Part shown: one piece after another, positions 56,190-64,000 of the stretch | How positions within the stretch are numbered: the stretch's first letter is position 1 | Layout: every line of letters begins with the position of its first letter | Notes under the pieces: model-generated | Seen by the model: only the letters and a program-made list of their open reading frames with translations | Database searches by the model: none | What the model was told of the DNA's origin: nothing | Assembly (NCBI GenBank): GCA_964016885.1 | Contig: OZ024756.1 | Coordinates: forward strand, 3,782,001 to 3,846,000 | Length of the DNA stretch: 64,000 bases | DNA from: Eledone cirrhosa | Taxonomy: Eukaryota | Direction: 5' to 3' | Position numbers and translations under genes: made by a program

Positions 56190-56405
56190 TAATAGAAAAC
56201 GAAAAATCAGTGATGCATCTGAACTCAATTTATTGTGTGTTACAATTGTTTCGCCGGCGGACAGCTCGAGACGTGATCATTGTGTGGATCTGTCTGATTC
56301 TGGATCTAATGATTTCGGTGCATATTCTCGCTGTCCGCCGGCGAAACAATTGTAACACACAATAAATTGAGTTCAGATGCATCACTGATCTTTCATTTTC
56401 TATTA
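56190..56405. repeat. Fold-back palindrome (~85-bp arms)
   Basis: ATCAGTGATGCATCTGAACTC...GGACAGC versus GCTGTCC...GAGTTCAGATGCATCACTGAT. Confidence 0.92.
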
Positions 56406-56955
56406 TATCATACTCTGCTCTGTAAGTGCATAGTGCTCAACCGGCATACCGCCTATGGAAGCATCTTAGCTACCATCAGACATATATATATATATATATA
56501 TATATAATAATAGTAATAATAATAGTAATAATAATAAATGTGAAGACTAAAATCCAAAGAGGGCTCGATAAGGATAAATATATATCAAATATATAAGAAC
56601 CGTAGAGCAAATATTTATTAAAATAACAGATTAAAGTTTAAGCAAAGAATCGCTGCTTTCACCCTTAACGGGATCTTCTGAAACTAAAAAAGTCAATCTG
56701 TAAACGCAGAAGTGGATATTTCAAAAAACGTTGCAACCGGAGGAAGACAGGAAGACGATACTTTGGTTCGTGGAAACGTTCCCTGGCAAAGAACGGGAAA
56801 AAACGAATATAATACGTCATTAATAGGAGCGGGGGAAAACAATTGCACGCAAAGACAGAACCACGTTTATGGTATAAAAGAAGTCGTAGACTAATATTCT
56901 ATATCTTGTATGTGTTGTATCAGATGAAAGAATGGTATTTAACTAATGTATTGGT

Positions 56956-57330
56956 GCGCGATGGGGCGCACCCACAGCCCCAGCGGACAGAATGTAGAAT
57001 GCGTTTCCCTGGAGGACGGCAAGGGAGACGCGCTGGAAAAGTCACTCCATCTCGCGGGGATCACACCTGCGGCTGGCCAACTCATCGCCTATGATGGTGA
57101 GTAAGAAGGTAGCCCTGGGTCCGAGGACACCAGAAGTCTCCACTGCCAGGGAAACGACCGCAGACCTGTCTGAGAGCGACCGGTATTTGAGGAGTTTGGC
57201 CCCCTCAGCCCGACGTGCAGCAGAACCTGGGTCAGTTGCACACTGCGCCATGTTGCGGCTGCGGAAAGTGTCGGTGCAAGTGGCATCCCAGACGAGGGGT
57301 ATGCCACCGCGGAACGGGAAGATGGTCATA
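56956..57330 (-). mobile_element. CRE-like non-LTR retrotransposon C-terminal endonuclease fragment
   Basis: PF.GG.PLVWDATCTDT...AARRAE..K..KY...AVETSGVLGP...DPRE...LFQRVSLAVLQGNA. Confidence 0.8.
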
Positions 57331-57818
57331 GGTGTTTCATAGAGACGTTCTCTGGCATCGAACGGAAAAAACGAAGATAATTTGTCATATGTGGAGCATG
57401 GAGAACAATTGCACGCAAAGACAAAAGCACGTAAAAGGTATAACTGAAGTCGCAGACTAGAATCTAACTAGGAAAGCGAATGATTCTCAGCTTCAGAGTT
57501 AAGAATAAAGTAAATAAAATACAGAGGTAATTGAAATTAAATAAATACATACACGCATCCATGAAGTTTACAAGAAATTTTGACCAACCCTTTTTGACAA
57601 CTACAATCTTCCCATATAAGGAATTACCCCTTGAAAAGTTTGGTTATTTATTTACCAGGCTAAAAAATTCTAATTTGGTCCAGAAATAGCCGTCGAAACG
57701 GCTTGAGCTCTGCCGTCGGGGTTAAACATTTTCCTATTACCCAGTCTACTACCCTAAGTATTGAGTACTCTGGTGCGTTATGGTCCATTTGGTTCCTTAC
57801 CACACCTCCTTCGTTATC

Positions 57819-57854
<36 letters not shown>

Positions 57855-57980
57855 GATAACAAGTTATCGTTTTAGGTAATCCATTTCGAGTGATCAGTGG
57901 CCTTTAGATTCATCTGATCAATGAAACAATTGGTAATGCTCTAAATAAACCCTTTTGTACAGCCGAGACCATGTTATTCT

Positions 57981-58038
<58 letters not shown>

Positions 58039-58084
58039 AACGAGGAAGTTTCGTTTACATATGAAAAATATTTATTGCGTATCG

Positions 58085-58175
58085 ACCTGTTACGCGCGTT
58101 TCGCAGAGGATTGGCTCAAGATGACCCATAGGAGTTATGGACCCGACTCCAGTCTCGACCTGCTCCTCAGACTGG
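58085..58175 (-). ncRNA. Type I hammerhead with large stem II insertion, family D
   Basis: Minus strand: ccagt-CTGAGGA-gcag-(~53 nt)-ctgc-GAAA-cgcgcg-TA-acagg. Confidence 0.7.
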
Positions 58176-59425
58176 GGATGCGACAAAAGATATATTTTTG
58201 TTCTGGTATGTGGGCCGAGAAGTTATATATATAGGCATTGGCCCTATTTTTGTGTGTGTGTGGGCGTATCTTTGTATTTTGGTGTAATTGGTGGGGCGGC
58301 AATGCGGGTGTGTATTCACCGGTACGCACATGAATATCGGTGAATACACACAAATGCCCACACACAAAAAAAAATAGGGCCGATGCCTATATACATATAT
58401 ACAATACATGAACAGAGAAAGCCTTAAACGATACTCCGACCAATTCCATCTCACTCAACAAACATTAGGATATACGTAAGTATTCTCCCAATTTAGTGTT
58501 TGGGGTGCTAACTAATCAGTATTTCCTGGATAGCTGGTTGTATTATTTTGTATGAGACATAATTAAATAAATATCTCTTTCCTTCCAGACGATCGTTTCG
58601 TTATAAGATTTCTACAATTTGGGATAAATAATGTCCAGGTTATGTAGAAACTTGTATATAATCCATACTTTTATACACAAGCGGGTTCTTATAAACTCAT
58701 CAGTGGATGCCCAAATAATATCGATATAAGAATTATATCGACATTAATAGATTAGTGATGGTCTCCCTCAGCTCTAAGAAGAGACTGGTAGATTCGAAAA
58801 TCCAGCAGTCCTCTGAAAGATAAAATACATACTCTCCCCAAAAGGGTAAGGGGAGGTCATCTTAAAATATAAAACAATATACACGCTGGTCATTTAAACC
58901 TGTTAGGTATTAACCACGTGTTTAAGAATTCTATTGGATATTAAAAGAATAACTATATTTATACACAATCAATGCACACACAGAGATATTAAAACATAAT
59001 AAATACATGTATGGACCACCCATATGCACACACAGTTATTCTCTATGGCTAAATCAGACATAGGATATAAGGATGACCAATCAGTATTTCATATAAAAAA
59101 TAATAATAATAAAGAGAGTCATACCTTATATCTGGAAATCATATCTGGCCACCAAGAGTATATATACAATACATTAACAGAGAAAGCCTTAAGTGATACT
59201 CTGACCAACTCCATCTCACTCAACAAACATTAGGATATACCTAAGTATTTTCCTAATTTAGTGTTTGGGGTGCTAACTAATTAGTATTTCGTGGATAGCT
59301 GGTTTTATTATTTTATAGGAGACCTTATTAAATAAATATCTCTTTCCTTCCAGACGGCCGTTTCGTTATATATATATACCTTCTCGGCCCACATACCACA
59401 ACAAAAATATATCTTTTGTCACATC

Positions 59426-59517
59426 ACCAGTCTGAGGAGCAGATGGATACTGGAGTCGCATCCATAAATCCTATGGGTCAACTTGAGCCAATCCTCTGCG
59501 AAACGCGCGTAACAGGT
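59426..59517 (+). ncRNA. Type I hammerhead with large stem II insertion, family D
   Basis: accagt-CTGAGGA-gcag-(~53 nt)-ctgc-GAAA-cgcgcg-TA-acaggt. Confidence 0.7.
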
Positions 59518-60092
59518 CGATACGCAATAAATATTTTTCATATGTAAACGAAACTTGCTTTTTCTATTATATACACTCTGCCTGTGCATAGAGTCCTTGA
59601 TTTGGTACTGACACCAGTATTTCACCGTACTATCTCCTAAACCTAATGATTAATTGATTAATTTAATTTGACAACTCCATTGATTGGTTAATTATTTAAG
59701 TTTGTTTAATAACGGTCTGGTTGAGTGCTTAATTCAGTTTGTGTATGGAATTCTTTCCATTGCTCATAATTTGAATTTGACCGCCATTATCCGGGGTTAC
59801 CTGCCTTTGGAGTAACATGTGCTATCACACTCGGATTTGGGTTAGAACGAAAGCCTGTTGAGAAAGTAAGTCCTCTGTTCGATCTTCCAGAAATCTAACT
59901 TGTATACACCACAAGCGAATTTTCTTGATTTCGGATTTACAGAAACCTCACACTTTTTTACAGAAATCTCACATTATTCAATAATTTCGAAGTTATGGTC
60001 AATGTTTGTTATATATACAGATATGTGCATATATACAGATATGTGTGCACACACACACACACACACACCACACACACACACACACCACACAC

Positions 60093-60169
<77 letters not shown>

Positions 60170-60811
60170 GGCTGCCAACTCGTTTTCGAGTACGGCCACT
60201 ACTTTATATCCATGTAGGAGAACCCCTACCGATGTGCTAAACGAGTGTGACTTTTTAGTCCAGCCAGCGACTTGAAAACTGGTACAAACACTACACTTGT
60301 GACAATTATTGACACATAGTGCTGGGCCCATGGTACCATGTGATGACAAGTACAGAGAGATCTCCAGATATAAAGCAATGCCTGTGCCGTGAAGCTTTTA
60401 TAGTGAGCAAAGGCACTGCACAAAGCCAGTCCCACTCTCTTAACCAAGATGATATTTACCAAAAAGAAGAACAAGTCAACATCATTGGATACCACCAGGG
60501 TTGCAGGTGTTATATCAGAGTTTTCCTTCTCCTAGAATTCTGCCATACATACATACATACATACATACATCTGTATCTGTGTGTATGTACTTTTTCTCAC
60601 TAGTCAGTTGTTTCGTTGTTACAGATCACGCGGCTGAATTAGCGGTCGCTATCTTCAATTTGCAAAGCCCTTCATACTATTATGTTATTACTCTGAGGTC
60701 TATACCTTCTCGAGTGCTTGGCTGCAATGCTGAAGGCATTCGTTGGCTTAGCTGCTGCTCGAACTTCGAATATGCTGTACTTTCATTTGTATATATATAT
60801 ATATATATATA

Positions 60812-61389
60812 TATGAATAAATTTAGTCCTTCATCAGTGATCTTCCAACCTCCATTGGTATTTCATCGCTTTAAAGACCATATACCTCTGGTTGGTGCGA
60901 GCAACGGCTAAAGAAAGTCGTTGGGACACGTAAATAGGGGGAACGAGCGAGACAGTAAACAAACAAAGATGGTAATGCAACGAAAAGTGAGGAAGAAGGA
61001 GTCAAGATCCTGAGATCTATGAACATAAGTTCTGTGAAATCGTGGACGAGAGAGAATAAAGACCATCAAACCCTTCTTCCTCCCGTTTGACCTGTGCGAA
61101 ATTCTTTCCTTACTCACATTTCGACCAGGTTTGATGGTCTTTATTCTCTCTCGTCCACGATTTCACAGAACTTATGTTCATCGATTTCAGGTTCTTGGCT
61201 CCTTCTTCCTCACTTTTCGTTGCATTACCCTCTCTGTTTGTTTACTGTCTCGCTCGTTCCCCCTATGTACGTGTCCCAAAGACTTTCTTTAACCGTTGCT
61301 CGCACCAACCGGAGGTATATGGTCTTTAAAGCGATGAAATACCAATGAAGGTTGGAAGATCACTGATGAAGGACTAAATTTATTCATAT
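60812..61389. repeat. Fold-back inverted repeat (~260-bp arms, ~55-bp spacer)
   Basis: ATGAATAAATTTAGTCCTTCATCAGTGATC versus GATCACTGATGAAGGACTAAATTTATTCAT. Confidence 0.92.
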
Positions 61390-61605
61390 GTAACCCATTT
61401 GCAACCACGCAGCACGCCATGTTTTCATAATTTTCATATATATATATATATGAAAAAAAATATATATATATTGTTATACTTTGGGAGGGTCATGTTGCCA
61501 ATAAGAAACACACGCATCAGTTGTTTTCACTTCAATTTATTATAATAAATATATAAATTTCCGGTTGGTTGGTTGGTTACACAACCAGATGATTGTTTAT
61601 ATATT

Positions 61606-61648
61606 GTCAAAGTTCTTTCGTCACGCATTATGTGACCTCTTCAGTGAC
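61606..61648 (-). ncRNA. Type I hammerhead ribozyme, family B
   Basis: Minus strand: gtca-CTGAAGA-g-gtcacataatgcgtgac-GAAA-gaac-TT-tgac. Confidence 0.7.
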
Positions 61649-61987
61649 TGGGGATTCTTTTCTTTGTTTTTGTGCCTCTCCTTTGTTCTGTCCTACGCCA
61701 TCTTGTTTTTGTGTGTGTTGTGTGCACACAACACACGAAAAAAAAATAAAATATATATATAGTGCTCTGCTTAGTTTAAAACTATATATAATCCTGATCT
61801 CTCTGTCTGTATCCATGACGTCTATATTTACTCGTATATATGTATTCACGTGTTCAAGTTTGTTAATTTTTAAAACACTTTCTTCTTCTTCCATATTTCC
61901 TTGTGAGATATTTAAAGACTGATTGGAACGTTTAAAGTTCTTTTAATCCATAACCAACATTTCTACAAACTCAGTCACATTATCAGG

Positions 61988-62250
61988 GTGTGGTGTGGTT
62001 TGGTGTGGTGTACAGTGGTGTGGCGTGGCGTGGCGTGGTGTGGTGTGGCGTGGTGTGGTGTGGCGTGGCGTGGCGTAGTGTGGTGTGGTGTGGTGTGGTG
62101 CAGCGTGGTGTAGTGTGGTGTGGCGTAGTGTGGTGTGGTGTGGTGCAGCGTGGTGTAGTGTGGTGTGGCGTAGTGTGGTGTGGTGTGGCGTGATGTGGTG
62201 TGGCATGGCGTGGTGTGGTGTGGTGTGGTGTGGCGTAGTGTGGTTTGGTG
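61988..62250. repeat. (GTGTG/GCGTG)n pentamer repeat
   Basis: Direct reading. Confidence 0.9.
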
Positions 62251-62769
62251 CTGGCTTTTTTTCGTCACTGACATTTTATTCTAATATAATGGTATTCAAG
62301 AAAATTTCATTACCAGAATTTCTATCGAATTTCAACCCAGAATCTAAGATTTATGGTTTGATTTCCGATTTATATTACTAACTCCTCGGGATTGCACTAA
62401 ATGTTATGAGCTATCAGAAAAAATAGATTATTTGGGGCAAACGTGGTCGACCCATGTTTTGGGAGTGAAATCGGGTAGACAGAAACTGTTCAGAAGCCCG
62501 TTGGTTGGACTGTGCGTGTAATTGGAAGGGCTTGACATGTCAAACACTGTCACACACTGAATCTCCCTGAAAATTACACGTTATAGGTAAACGTATCAGT
62601 GGAACGGTCATTGATTTACACATTAATTTCATGAGCAGGCTTGAACACTCAACGTAGTAACCGGTGAAGGTTCATTCTTTCAAGTGGTATTTAGCTGTTG
62701 TTGGAAAGGCGAATTATATTGACCATGATCTACATTCTATAACTACGCAGTTGTTGTCGTTGTTTTCAC

Positions 62770-63084
62770 TGTTACTACTACTACTACTACCACCACTACT
62801 ACTACTACCACTACTACTACTATCACTATTATTATTACTACTATTATCACTACTACTACTATCACTATTATTATTACTACTATTATCACTACTACTACTA
62901 CTATCAGTACTACTAACACTACTACTACTATTATCACTATTATCACTACTACTACTACTATCACTACTACTACTACTACTATCACTACTACTACTACTAC
63001 TATCACTATTACTATCACTACTACTACTACTACTACTACTACTATCACTATTACTATCACTACTACTACTATCACTACTACTAT

Positions 63085-63116
<32 letters not shown>

Positions 63117-63295
63117 TCACTACTACTGCTTCTTTATACTCAATCCGATTCTTGATATTGGTGGGGTTAGTGTTTCAGTTATTTTATTTTTGTAGTAGTG
63201 GTGGTAGCTGTGGTAGTTGTAGTGGTAGTTGTAGTGGTAGTTGTAGTAGTTGTAGTGGTAGTTGTTGTAGTGGTAGTGGTAGTAGTGGTAGCTGT
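62770..63295. repeat. (CTA)n and (GTA/GTG)n trinucleotide tracts
   Basis: Direct reading. Confidence 0.9.
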
Positions 63296-64000
63296 TGAAG
63301 TTTTTGTTGCTTTCATACTCTACATGGTCCTTGTGTGTCGTTTTCTTCCGCTGAGCATCGCTTTCCAGGGCTTTTAGGGGAGGGGGGACGAGTGAACACT
63401 GACGTTCGAAGTATCTCTTCGCAGGGTCTTTTAGAGGAGAAGGGTGAACACTGACATTCAAAGAAAGACAAGAAAAGAAATAAATAAAGAGTGGGAGAGA
63501 GAGATGGGAGAAAGATCGGGTGAGAAAAAGATGGAGAGAAGAGGAGAAATGAGGAAATATATATAGAGAGAGAGGGGGAGGGAGAGGAGAGTTGGCAGAA
63601 TTGAAGGTTAAGGCCACCGACCCGCTCACCGGATATCTCCCTAGGGGTTATCCCGCTTCGCCTTGTTTTTAAAGGGTTTCTGAGCTCCTGTCCAATGGAG
63701 TGTAGTTAAAACACCTGGTTCTTATTGGTAGGCATGGGATGAAGCGTGCAACTGGAAGCAGTGGCAAGTCAAGAATGGAACCATCATCAGTTATGTTTAC
63801 GGGTAACTCGATATTGGTCTGGGAATGAGAGAGGACTTGGGAAGTACAAGGGAACATGGGAGGGCAGGGGGCATGTTTGTCAGCAAGAACCTGTGCAGGT
63901 GTTCATTGGATTGAATGTCACGACGGCTTCTCTCAAGCCTTGTCCACCACAGTATACATGCTGACACATGCACACATACACACGCACATACACACGCACA

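Noticed and set aside
58661-58708. Minus-strand atcca-CTGATGA...TA-tggat
   Set aside because: Stem I is good but the GAAA core is not intact, so not called as a ribozyme
61355-61400. CTGATGAAGG at the end of the 60.8-61.4 kb palindrome
   Set aside because: No stem II closure or GAAA follows
63300-63960. Short minus-strand ORFs, one with an RFIP...RCFN gag-knuckle-like string
   Set aside because: Motif incomplete; too weak to call a LINE ORF1 or a gene

Overview
AT-rich, repeat-saturated animal genomic DNA. The tRNA-derived SINE families resemble those of octopod cephalopods (inference). No host protein-coding gene could be supported, and almost all ORF-track entries are microsatellite translations. 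Recognisable content: one near-full-length CR1-group LINE (6.8-10.2 kb; Myb/SANT-like plus CCCH ORF1, and an ORF2 with an in-frame deletion in the endonuclease), fragments of CRE-like and RTE LINEs, about 20 tRNA-SINE copies from three families, an Hsmar2-like mariner remnant, piggyBac- and hAT-type MITEs, and long punctuated (TA)n arrays. The main hidden signal is RNA structure. I could fold by eye about 30 type I hammerhead ribozyme (HHR) motifs from several unrelated non-coding repeat families. These include a 13-copy, near-identical 479-bp tandem array (47.1-53.3 kb) and a 312-bp tandem/inverted array (13.1-14.3 kb), each with one HHR per monomer. Both look like retrozyme-like or Penelope-pLTR-like non-autonomous retroelements that sit in (TA)n tracts and often carry fold-back inversions. 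Coordinates were counted manually and repeat boundaries are approximate.
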